Positions 1-8,311 of a stretch of DNA of 37,755 bases are shown one piece after another. The stretch spans positions 1-37,755 of the forward strand of contig CAJBWJ010000058.1 of assembly GCA_903959355.1 (NCBI GenBank), written 5' to 3'. A model generated the notes under the pieces. The model was not told where the DNA came from and searched no databases. It saw nothing but the letters and a program-made list of their open reading frames with translations. The position numbers were made by a program, and so were the translations under genes. Position 1 is the first letter of the stretch, and every line of letters starts with the position of its first letter. Source of the stretch: an uncultured bacterium. Its GTDB lineage: Bacteria; Patescibacteriota; Microgenomatia; UBA1400; PJMF01.

Positions 1-512
1 AATAAAACTGAAACTTGCTTGAAATTCAATTTATTAAAAAATAAAAACACTGACATGCTCGCTCCAAAAACTAAAACTGTTCCAAAATCTGGTTCTAGCA
101 AAATTAAAATAGCTGGCAAAGCAATAATCGCTAAAGTTTGTACTAGTAAAAGCCAGGTGAATTTCTTTTCCTTATTAAAAAAACTGCATAAATAAAGAGC
201 TACTACTGGCACAGCAAGCTGAGACGGCTGAAATTTAAAACCAAAAGGCAGTACGATCCAAGCCGAAATACCTCTGGTAATAGAGCCGTAAACAAGCAAA
301 AAGAGTAACAATAAATTAAGCAATAAATAAGACCACTTAGCTATTTTTAAATGAAACTCAAAAGGTAATTTCCAAGCAATAAAAAATACTAAAAAAGCCA
401 AAGCAAAAGAAATAGTTTGCTTGTATAGAAGTTCAGGAACGATACTGCGCAGAGTCGTCAACGACAAAACTGTAAAAAGAAACAAGATGCCTAATAAAAA
501 ATATTTACGCAT
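1..512 (-). CDS. rodA: SEDS-family peptidoglycan polymerase, probably RodA (5' part; runs off the window start)
   Basis: Not in the ORF track. My translation from ATG at 512: MRKYFLLGILFLFTVLSLTTLRSIVPELLYKQ...RGISAWIVLPFGFKFQPSQLAVP...ILLEPDFGT, open to position 1. Hydrophobic, with SEDS motifs W-I...QPS and PDFGT. A separate ftsW lies in the dcw cluster. Confidence 0.8.
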   Translation of the reverse strand, partial: MRKYFLLGILFLFTVLSLTTLRSIVPELLYKQTISFALAFLVFFIAWKLPFEFHLKIAKWSYLLLNLLLLFLLVYGSITRGISAWIVLPFGFKFQPSQLAVPVVALYLCSFFNKEKKFTWLLLVQTLAIIALPAILILLEPDFGTVLVFGASMSVFLFFNKLNFKQVSVL

Positions 513-536
513 AAACCTTGGCTTAGTTTAGACCAA

Positions 537-1298
537 TTATGACAAACTTTCAAAATATTCTGCCAAGCCATCGTTTTTAACATCACCTATAATTTGATCG
601 GCTAATTCTTTCAGATCAGGAACAGCATTGCCCATGGCTATTTTGAGTCCAACTCCAGCAAATAAATGAAAATCATTATTACCATCACCAACGCCAATTG
701 AATTATTTTTACTGACGGCAGTTTTCTCCAAAAGAATCGCTATGGCATGTTCTTTGGTAGCCTGAGCGTTGGTTATGTGCAAATCACGACAGCCTTTAAT
801 CTTGTCGAAGACCATCGTGCAAATAACATTTGGTATTTGAGAAATTTTTTCTTGAATAATAAAGGCTATTTTCTCTGGAACAAAAACTTGCTCTAAAAAA
901 TAAACTTCTTCTGGTAAAACAAAAGTGTCTGCAGATAAACCACCATTGAAGTAATCATCTTCGCTGTAGTCGTTGCACAAAATCTTGTACTTCGAATACT
1001 CAGACATGATTTGTAAAATTTGTTTGGCTGCTGCTTTTTCAATATTATGTTGCCAGATAATTTCACCAGTTTTTGGTAAACAAATCCTCGTTCCACCAGA
1101 AATGACGCAAGGATCTTCTAACTCTAAATCTTGTAATAAATCTTTAGCAAAAGTCCAAGACCTGCCAGTCGCAGCACAAATAAAATAACGATCTTCTAAA
1201 TTTCTAATCGCTTCTTTTAATCTTTGGCTGGCTAACTTCTGATCTGGAGAATCAATAGCTGTACCATCTAGATCGATAATGATGGCTTTATTCTTCAT
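537..1298 (-). CDS. Cof-like HAD-superfamily hydrolase (subfamily IIB)
   Basis: Motif I DLDGT, motif II ATGR, conserved K in ATKEHA, motif IV GDGNND, AMGNA. Start overlaps the ileS stop (ATGA). Confidence 0.9.
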   Translation of the reverse strand: MKNKAIIIDLDGTAIDSPDQKLASQRLKEAIRNLEDRYFICAATGRSWTFAKDLLQDLELEDPCVISGGTRICLPKTGEIIWQHNIEKAAAKQILQIMSEYSKYKILCNDYSEDDYFNGGLSADTFVLPEEVYFLEQVFVPEKIAFIIQEKISQIPNVICTMVFDKIKGCRDLHITNAQATKEHAIAILLEKTAVSKNNSIGVGDGNNDFHLFAGVGLKIAMGNAVPDLKELADQIIGDVKNDGLAEYFESLS

Positions 1299-4147
1299 AT
1301 TTTAAGCTTAGCTATTTCACCAGCAACGATTTTAGTATTCGTTTTCTCTTCAATTTCTTGTTTAAAAGCTTCTGGATAGTTCGGTAATTCGACTTCAACA
1401 ATTTTATTCATATCCAAAAGAGCCTCTTTGCGTAAATCTTGAATTTGACGAATTATTTCTCTGGCTTCACCTTCAGCTCTGAGTTCATCGGTCAAATTGA
1501 AATCATAATCCACTCTTAAATCACCAGAGTTATCTAGCCATTCAATTTTTTTGACATTGAGCTCCATCAGAAGAAGTGCTTCTAACTCGTCGCGATATTC
1601 AAGCTCAGCAAAACCACTTACTTTCAAACTAGCTAAAGGCTGACGAGCCTTAAGCTGCTTCTCTCGACGCAAGCTATGACCAAGTTCAACAATCTTACGA
1701 GCCAAATCCATGGCAGTTTCTAATTTTTGATCATGAAATTTTTCCTGATATTCTGGGAAAGCTTGCAAGTGAATAGAATTTTCTTCACTAATCATATTGT
1801 GATGAATCAGTTCGGTAAAAAATGGCACTATCGGCGCAAAAGCCTTAGCCAATTCATAAATCACCGTCGCAAAAACTTGACTAACTTCTTGATTGTCGCT
1901 CGCTTTAAGGCGCTCGCGACTCAAACGCAAATACCAAGTCGACAATTCATCGATGAATGGAGCCAATAAGCGACTGGCCTTCATCACATCATAATTATCG
2001 AGATTTTGTCTTAGCTCTTCAATGACGCTTTGCAAACGACTCAGAATCCAACGATCAAGTAAATTACTTGGCAATTTGTCGGCAGCTAAGTCGAAGAAAC
2101 CAGCTTTTTGATCACTAAATGATTTATAGAAAGCCAAAACATTCCACCAAATCACAAAAACACGACGACGCAAATTAGCTACGTCTTTCTCGTCAAAATT
2201 AAGAGTTTCTGCCTTAACTGCAGGAGATGACATCATGTACAAACGCAATGCATCAGCTCCATACTTTTCCAAAATTGCTCCTGGCTCTGGATAATTTTTG
2301 AGACGCTTGCTCATTTTTTTACCATCAGATGCCATGATTAAACCAGTGCACATTACATTTTTGAAAGCACTAGTTTCTTTTTCACTACCCAAAGTTAGAG
2401 CAGTTGCCAAAACATGCAAAGTGTAAAACCAACCGCGAGTCTGATCTTGACCCTCAGAAATAAAATCGGCAGGGAAAGAACGCTTAAAAGCTTCTTGATT
2501 GGCAAATGGATAATGCAACTCACCATAAGGCATGGAGCCTGATTCAAACCAACAATCCAAAACTTCAGGAATGTGATGATAAGTTTTGCCGTCTTTTTCA
2601 AAAGTAATTTTATCAACAATGTGTTTGTGCAAATCGCTAACTTTCTGACCAGAAAGAGTTTCTAATTCTTCAATAGAACTGATACAAACAAAATCACCGC
2701 TTTCACTCTCCCAAATTGGTAGAGGAGTGCCCCAATAACGATTGCGAGAAATTGCCCAATCACGAGCACCCTCAAGCCATTTGCCAAAGCGACCATGCTT
2801 GATATGATCAGGCTGCCAATTAACCTTTTCGTTGTTGGCCAAAAGCTGATCTTTGAAGGAGCTGACTTTGACATACCAACTATCAGTAGCGTAATTAAGC
2901 AGAGGAGTATCACAACGCCAACAATGTGGATAACTGTGCTCGATTTTTTTCTTGGCAAAAAGCGTCCCACGAGCGGCTAAATATTTAATAATCTCAACAT
3001 CAGTCATGGTTGGATTATCTTTTGGTTTGACTTCCATCCCAGCAAAATCTGTCACCTCAGCTGTGAAACGACCATCCATACCCACATGTTGCAACAGCTC
3101 AATACCTTCAGCTTTGCCAACTTTATAGTCATCTTCACCAAAAGCTGGAGCAATGTGGACGATGCCAGTACCTTCATCCAAAGTCACAAAATCTTCAGTG
3201 ACAATACGGAAAGCTTTGGCCCAATTAGCAAAATATGGGAAAACTGGAGTGTAGGTCAGGCCAGCTAATTTGGAACCCATAAATGGCTCGCCAACTAATT
3301 CGAAATCTTTATCAACAATTACTTCAGCCAAACGAGTTTTAGAGACAATTATCAAACCCTCTTCGCCAACAATTTTAACCAAAACATATTCAAGATCCGG
3401 ACCAACTGCCAATAGAACATTGCCTGGCAAAGTCCAAGGAGTGGTAGTCCAAGCGACGGCATAGATTTTCTCGCTGGTTTCTACACCAAGAGTGGCGGCA
3501 GCGTTAACCAATTCGAATTTAGCAAAAACAGAAATATCTTTAACATCTTTGTAACCTTGAGTCACTTCAAAATTGGAAAGCGGAGTTCCACAACGAGGAC
3601 AGATGTGCATGGACTTATGGCTTTTGTAAATCAGGCCCTTATCCCAAAGCTTACGGAAAACCCACCAGACGGTTTCCATGAATTCTTTATCCATAGTTTT
3701 GTAGGCGTGATCCATGTCAATCCAGCGACCAATACGACGAATGGTGGTTTTCCACTCCTCGGCATATGTCAGAACAGTTTGACGACATGCTTCGTTAAAT
3801 TTATCCACACCATAGGTCTCAATGTCTTTTTTGCTATCAAGATTGAGTTGTTTTTCGATGATATTTTCGACTGGTAGACCATGACAATCCCAACCCCAAA
3901 CACGGCGAACTTTCTTGCCCAGCATGGTCTGATAACGAGGAATTAAATCCTTGATAATAGACTGCATTAAATGACCATAATGAGGCAAACCAGTGGCAAA
4001 TGGAGGACCATCATAGAAAGAGAATGAATTATCTTCGCTTCTTTGATTGACTGATTTCTGGAAGGTTTGATCTTGATCCCAAAAGGCGAGAATTTCTTGT
4101 TCTAATTCTGGAAAATTTGGTACTTGTCTAAAATCTTTGATTTTCAT
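1295..4147 (-). CDS. ileS: Isoleucyl-tRNA synthetase, type 2 (IleRS2)
   Basis: DGPPFATGLPHYGH (HIGH), GWDCHGLP, WTTTPWTLP editing domain, GTGIVHIAP, DWAISRNRYWG, EGQDQTRGWF, KMSKRLKNY. SD AAGGA at 4156-4152. Confidence 0.97.
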   Translation of the reverse strand: MKIKDFRQVPNFPELEQEILAFWDQDQTFQKSVNQRSEDNSFSFYDGPPFATGLPHYGHLMQSIIKDLIPRYQTMLGKKVRRVWGWDCHGLPVENIIEKQLNLDSKKDIETYGVDKFNEACRQTVLTYAEEWKTTIRRIGRWIDMDHAYKTMDKEFMETVWWVFRKLWDKGLIYKSHKSMHICPRCGTPLSNFEVTQGYKDVKDISVFAKFELVNAAATLGVETSEKIYAVAWTTTPWTLPGNVLLAVGPDLEYVLVKIVGEEGLIIVSKTRLAEVIVDKDFELVGEPFMGSKLAGLTYTPVFPYFANWAKAFRIVTEDFVTLDEGTGIVHIAPAFGEDDYKVGKAEGIELLQHVGMDGRFTAEVTDFAGMEVKPKDNPTMTDVEIIKYLAARGTLFAKKKIEHSYPHCWRCDTPLLNYATDSWYVKVSSFKDQLLANNEKVNWQPDHIKHGRFGKWLEGARDWAISRNRYWGTPLPIWESESGDFVCISSIEELETLSGQKVSDLHKHIVDKITFEKDGKTYHHIPEVLDCWFESGSMPYGELHYPFANQEAFKRSFPADFISEGQDQTRGWFYTLHVLATALTLGSEKETSAFKNVMCTGLIMASDGKKMSKRLKNYPEPGAILEKYGADALRLYMMSSPAVKAETLNFDEKDVANLRRRVFVIWWNVLAFYKSFSDQKAGFFDLAADKLPSNLLDRWILSRLQSVIEELRQNLDNYDVMKASRLLAPFIDELSTWYLRLSRERLKASDNQEVSQVFATVIYELAKAFAPIVPFFTELIHHNMISEENSIHLQAFPEYQEKFHDQKLETAMDLARKIVELGHSLRREKQLKARQPLASLKVSGFAELEYRDELEALLLMELNVKKIEWLDNSGDLRVDYDFNLTDELRAEGEAREIIRQIQDLRKEALLDMNKIVEVELPNYPEAFKQEIEEKTNTKIVAGEIAKLKI

Positions 4148-4173
4148 TGTTTCCTTATATATTTTTTTGCTAC

Positions 4174-4222
4174 AAAAAAAGCCTGCCTAAAAACGAACCA
4201 AAAGTGTCGTTTCTAAGCAGGC
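4174..4222 (-). terminator. Intrinsic terminator (attenuator) of the ileS T-box leader
   Basis: 16-bp stem GCCUGCUUAGAAACGA / UCGUUUUUAGGCAGGC (two G-U pairs), 10-nt loop, followed by U7. Its 5' GCCU is shared with antiterminator helix A1. Confidence 0.9.
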
Positions 4223-4366
4223 TTATCTTATAGAAGATAAAGGTACCAGCCTTGCTAATACTTAATTTAAGTGATTACGGACTCACCCGGCTTGGTCTAA
4301 TCAATTCTTGCTTTAAGACAAGAAAATTTCTTCAAGCACCTTGCCATTGATAGTGGCTAAAACGGT
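4174..4366 (-). ncRNA. T-box riboswitch (tRNA-Ile sensing) leader of ileS with ultrashort Stem I
   Basis: Minus strand: Stem I ACC..GCCA-CU(AUC)AA-UGGC..GGU (4366-4338); Stem II GCUUG-AAGAA...AUUAGAC-CAAGC (4337-4290); Stem IIA/B CGGG-UGAG-UCCG-UAA-UCAC (4289-4271); antiterminator AGGC-UGGUACC-U-UUAUCUU/AAGAUAA-GCCU (4252-4219); overlapping terminator. Confidence 0.88.
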
Positions 4367-4383
4367 TTTAATTTAACAAAGGA

Positions 4384-4392
4384 ATTATAGCA
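4384..4392 (-). promoter_or_regulatory. Extended -10 sigma70 promoter of the ileS leader
   Basis: TG-C-TATAAT on the minus strand, 17 nt upstream of Stem I. Confidence 0.75.
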
Positions 4393-4422
4393 CAAAGATA
4401 GCTCACTAAACTAAATTTAAAA

Positions 4423-4866
4423 TCATCCGACTTGCTTTGCAACAGTAGTATGCGCTTCTAACAAAATCGGTTTATTTTCCCTAGAAATTAATTTCAATTG
4501 TATCTGTACCCGGCCAGAATTAAAGACAACCTGAACTTCTTCAGATTCCAGTGGCCATTTGATAGTTTGCTGCACTGTTTGATGAGAGTGAACCGCATTG
4601 TTGAAACTAATAGCTAAGCTTTCGCTTTCTGATTCTAAATAAAAAGACAGTCCTCCCACAAGTTCTCTTCCACGTAAGTTCCAAACCTTATTATCAAAAG
4701 CCATTTCTTTTCTAAAGAAATATTCATCTTTAATAACTGGGCTTTCTTCTTCTTTTTTTCCCGTTAATAGAGCCTTGATTTTAGTGCCAATGGCACGCGT
4801 TTTCTCTGGGATATAATCAAAAATTACTTCTGCTATATCATCAATTACGTCTCCTTCTCTTTTCAT
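4423..4866 (-). CDS. Hypothetical protein (147 aa)
   Basis: ATG with strong SD (AGGAG), 20 nt after the ftsZ stop; fills the intergenic space; no motif recognised. Confidence 0.7.
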   Translation of the reverse strand: MKREGDVIDDIAEVIFDYIPEKTRAIGTKIKALLTGKKEEESPVIKDEYFFRKEMAFDNKVWNLRGRELVGGLSFYLESESESLAISFNNAVHSHQTVQQTIKWPLESEEVQVVFNSGRVQIQLKLISRENKPILLEAHTTVAKQVG

Positions 4867-4886
4867 GTTCTTAATCTCCTATATCC

Positions 4887-6188
4887 CTATCTATCTCTCA
4901 AAAAAGCTGGCACATCAAATTCAGCAAATTCATCATCGCTGTCGATGTCTTCTTTTTTGTCACTCTTGTCATCACGCTTTTGTTCTTCTTTTTTCTTCAA
5001 GTTAAAGAGAGCAGAGCGAACGAAAGGATTGTGACTTTCTTGTGGCTCTTCTTTTTTAGGCTTAGCCGGCATGATTTGAGGCTGAGTAAAACCACTTGGA
5101 GCACGGTCAATTTTATCTTCCTCTTCATCTTCTTCATTTTGCTTACTGTAATTAGCGGTTGGACCAGTCATTTTACGACGAGATTCTCTGCCATAAGCCC
5201 CGAACATAGCTCTAGGACCAGAACCTGGATAATTGTCACCAAAACCAGTGGCAATGACGCTAATCTTGATCTTAGAACCCATGTTTTCGTCAATCGTAGC
5301 GCCAAAAATGACGTTAGCATCTGGATCGGAGCTGTCAGCAATCACTGAAGAAGCATCGGAAACTTCGCTCATGGTCATATCTGGACCACCAGTAATGTTG
5401 TAAAGAATACCCTTGGCCCCATCGATGGAAACTTCCAAAAGTGGGGAAGAAACAGCCATACGAGCAGCAGTCACAGCGCGATCTTCTCCAGAAGCCTCAC
5501 CAATACCCATCAAAGCTGAACCGGAATCAATCATGATAGTTTTTACATCAGCAAAATCAACATTTATCATGCCTGGAACAGTGATTAAATCGGAAATACC
5601 TTTGACACCCTGGCCGAGAACATTGTCAGCCAAACGGAAAGCATCGATAAAAGTCATTTTTTTATCGACTACTTCAAGTAAACGTTGGTTTGGAATCACA
5701 ATTAAAGTGTCGACAGTATCACCAAGAGCTTCAATGCCTTCGTCAGCGGTCTGCATGCGACGAATGCCTTCAAAAGCAAATGGTTTGGTGACCACGGCTA
5801 CAGTCAAAGCACCAGCTTCTTTGGCAATTTCAGCGATGATAGGGGCCGCACCAGTACCAGTGCCACCACCCATACCAGCAGTAATGAAAACCATATCAGT
5901 ATCGAAAAGCAGATCCTTAAGCTTCTCGCGACTCTCTTCAGCAGCAGTGCGACCAACTTCTGGATCAGCACCAGCACCAAGACCACGAGTAAAATTGCTA
6001 CCAATTTGCATTTTAGTTTCAGCTTTGGAAGTTAAAAGTGCTTGAGCATCAGTATTAACAGTGATAAATTCCACACCACTAATTTGTCTAGATAGGACCA
6101 TGGAATTGACAGCATTGCTACCGCCACCACCAACACCAATGACTTTGATTTTGGCAAAAGTTGTATTTGAAGGTTTAACGAGTCCCAT
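4887..6188 (-). CDS. ftsZ: Cell division GTPase FtsZ
   Basis: [17 protein letters not shown], tubulin signature [10 protein letters not shown]7 loop INVDFAD, C-terminal peptide DVPAFLR. Confidence 0.98.
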   Translation of the reverse strand: MGLVKPSNTTFAKIKVIGVGGGGSNAVNSMVLSRQISGVEFITVNTDAQALLTSKAETKMQIGSNFTRGLGAGADPEVGRTAAEESREKLKDLLFDTDMVFITAGMGGGTGTGAAPIIAEIAKEAGALTVAVVTKPFAFEGIRRMQTADEGIEALGDTVDTLIVIPNQRLLEVVDKKMTFIDAFRLADNVLGQGVKGISDLITVPGMINVDFADVKTIMIDSGSALMGIGEASGEDRAVTAARMAVSSPLLEVSIDGAKGILYNITGGPDMTMSEVSDASSVIADSSDPDANVIFGATIDENMGSKIKISVIATGFGDNYPGSGPRAMFGAYGRESRRKMTGPTANYSKQNEEDEEEDKIDRAPSGFTQPQIMPAKPKKEEPQESHNPFVRSALFNLKKKEEQKRDDKSDKKEDIDSDDEFAEFDVPAFLRDR

Positions 6189-6246
6189 ATTTTTAAGGCT
6201 TTCTTAGCAGGTGTTTATAGCAAGATATCAAACTACAACATAAAAA

Positions 6247-7557
6247 TCAAGGCAAAATTGTTTTAGTAGTTTTTTTAATCTTATCGATAATATTTTTAAA
6301 CAAATCTTTTGGTAAGAGTGACTTCCAATCAAAATCTTCGCTGACCGTCGCTACATTACCTTGCTTAAGTGCATAATCTAATAAACCAACTGCTACAGCA
6401 AAATTTGGTTTTTTAATATCTTCGGTTAAGCCTTCAATGTCCTCAGGAGAAGCCAGACGAACTGGCAAATTACTAACTTTTTTGGCGACTTCAACTAGAG
6501 AAGCCGTCATCGCTCCACCGCCAGTTAAAATTAGACCAGCTGGCACTTTATTGCCAGAAAGCAAATCTGCTTTGTCTAATTCTTGCATGACTAAACGGAA
6601 AATTTCTCTAATTCGAGGCTCCATGATGCCGCTGATCAAAGTTTTTTTGGATAAAAAATCATTATGAGCAATGCCAACAGTTTCTGGATCTATGGAATCA
6701 AGTTTTCTTTTTCTCTTAGTAAAGTCGGCTTTTGATTCACCAGGACTTGGTCTCATATCATCTGAACCATTGTCGGTTAAATAAAGCTTAAGTTTCTCAG
6801 CATCATCCATCGGAATACGACAACCTAGAGCGATATCTTGAGTAATATGCTTGGCACCAATTGGCAAAACAGCGGAAAATTCTAAAGCACCTTCAACATA
6901 AGCTGTAATGCTGGTAGTGCCCGCACCAATATCAACTAGAACAGCACCCAATTCTTTTTCTGTCTCTGTTAAAGCTATTTGTGAAGCTGCTAGGGCAGAG
7001 AAGACAAAAGCGTCGACCTTAACCCCCATATCGCTAATGCATTTTTCTAGATTACGCATCGCGGTAGTTAAACCAGTTATGATATGGGCTTCTGCTTCCA
7101 AACGCACGCCGGTCATGCCAACTGGATCTTTGACTCCATCTTGAGAATCAACTTTAAAATCTTTAGGAATAACATGAATAATTTCTCGATCAGTAGGCAT
7201 TGAAACAGCTCTAGCTGCCTCAATTACTCGGTCAACATCACTGCGCACGATTTCTTGATCAGCTGAAGCGACAGCCACAACTCCTTTGGAATTTTTATAT
7301 TTAATGTGAACTCCAGAGATAGAGACTACGGCACTCTTGACACTAAAACCGGCCATACGCTCTGCAGAATCCAAGCCTTGAGTGACAGTATTTAAAACCT
7401 GCTCAAGATCAATAATCATGCTGCGTTTCATACCTCTACTAGGAACCACAGAAAACCCAAGCACTTGCAGTTTTCCAAGTTCAGTTACTCTAGAAATTAG
7501 AGTTGTACACTTATCACTTCCTAAATCAATGGCTGCAATTATTTGTTCTTTACTCAT
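6247..7557 (-). CDS. ftsA: Cell division protein FtsA
   Basis: IDLGSDK, DGVKDPVGMTGVRLE, VDIGAGTT, ILTGGGA actin-fold motifs; directly upstream of ftsZ. Confidence 0.95.
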   Translation of the reverse strand: MSKEQIIAAIDLGSDKCTTLISRVTELGKLQVLGFSVVPSRGMKRSMIIDLEQVLNTVTQGLDSAERMAGFSVKSAVVSISGVHIKYKNSKGVVAVASADQEIVRSDVDRVIEAARAVSMPTDREIIHVIPKDFKVDSQDGVKDPVGMTGVRLEAEAHIITGLTTAMRNLEKCISDMGVKVDAFVFSALAASQIALTETEKELGAVLVDIGAGTTSITAYVEGALEFSAVLPIGAKHITQDIALGCRIPMDDAEKLKLYLTDNGSDDMRPSPGESKADFTKRKRKLDSIDPETVGIAHNDFLSKKTLISGIMEPRIREIFRLVMQELDKADLLSGNKVPAGLILTGGGAMTASLVEVAKKVSNLPVRLASPEDIEGLTEDIKKPNFAVAVGLLDYALKQGNVATVSEDFDWKSLLPKDLFKNIIDKIKKTTKTILP

Positions 7558-7613
7558 AACTTTTATTCCACAAGAAATCTAACATAGACTATACAAAATT
7601 TTGGAGACAATGT

Positions 7614-8306
7614 CTATTCTTTGAGCACTGGTAAATTAAAACGCATGTCGAGAATTTTTTTGGTTGCCAAAATGTTTTTGATTTCTTCTTGTTTTAAAAC
7701 TAAAGAGAGGCGCTCCATTTGATAATCAAAGTCTTTGCTGTCATCAAGAATAACTTCAATTTCTTTTAGAAAAATATGAATTTCTTGATTATTTTGCCAA
7801 ACAATTTTATTTGTTTCGATTTGATGTTTCTTTAAAGCTTGGCTTAAACTCAGAAATTTTTGATGATAAGCGTCATCAAGATAACCGCGGCTCACTAAAG
7901 AAGGATCTCCCATAAATTCAATTGTCGGCAAATTTAAACGATCTTGGTCATTTTTTAGTTTATTATTTTGATTGAGTAAATAGCGATCTTGACCAACAAT
8001 TAGTCTATAGTCTGGCAATTTAGCCAAGAGAGATAGATTGATATTTCCTGATAAAGTTTTATTAATTTTTTGATATTGATAAACCTGACCGTATTGTTCG
8101 GTCGCTAATAAATCTTCCCAAATTTGATCATTTTCAAAATCAGTAAAAAATAAAGATTTACCTTTGAAACGCGCACTTATTTTTTCACAGACACCGCTTT
8201 CAATAGAAGCATTTTCTATGAAACAATTAATTTTTCTTAAAATAAAAACAAACTTAAATAGTAAAAATAAAATTACAAAAAAAATAAAGAAGCGCAAAAT
8301 TTTCAC
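7614..8306 (-). CDS. ftsQ: Divergent FtsQ/DivIB-like bitopic membrane protein
   Basis: N-terminal TM helix, C-terminal ILDMRF resembling the FtsQ Y-I-D-L-R motif, and canonical position between murG and ftsA. Confidence 0.65.
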   Translation of the reverse strand: MKILRFFIFFVILFLLFKFVFILRKINCFIENASIESGVCEKISARFKGKSLFFTDFENDQIWEDLLATEQYGQVYQYQKINKTLSGNINLSLLAKLPDYRLIVGQDRYLLNQNNKLKNDQDRLNLPTIEFMGDPSLVSRGYLDDAYHQKFLSLSQALKKHQIETNKIVWQNNQEIHIFLKEIEVILDDSKDFDYQMERLSLVLKQEEIKNILATKKILDMRFNLPVLKE

Positions 8307-8311
8307 AAAGT

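Noticed and set aside
4273-4275. Second AUC in the ileS leader as an alternative specifier
   Set aside because: It falls in the Stem IIB pseudoknot strand (UAAUCAC); the AUC at 4351-4349 occupies the expected Stem I loop.
5413-6045. 210-aa plus-strand ORF (also 4980-5348)
   Set aside because: Antisense shadow of ftsZ with no motifs; explained by codon bias of a conserved gene.
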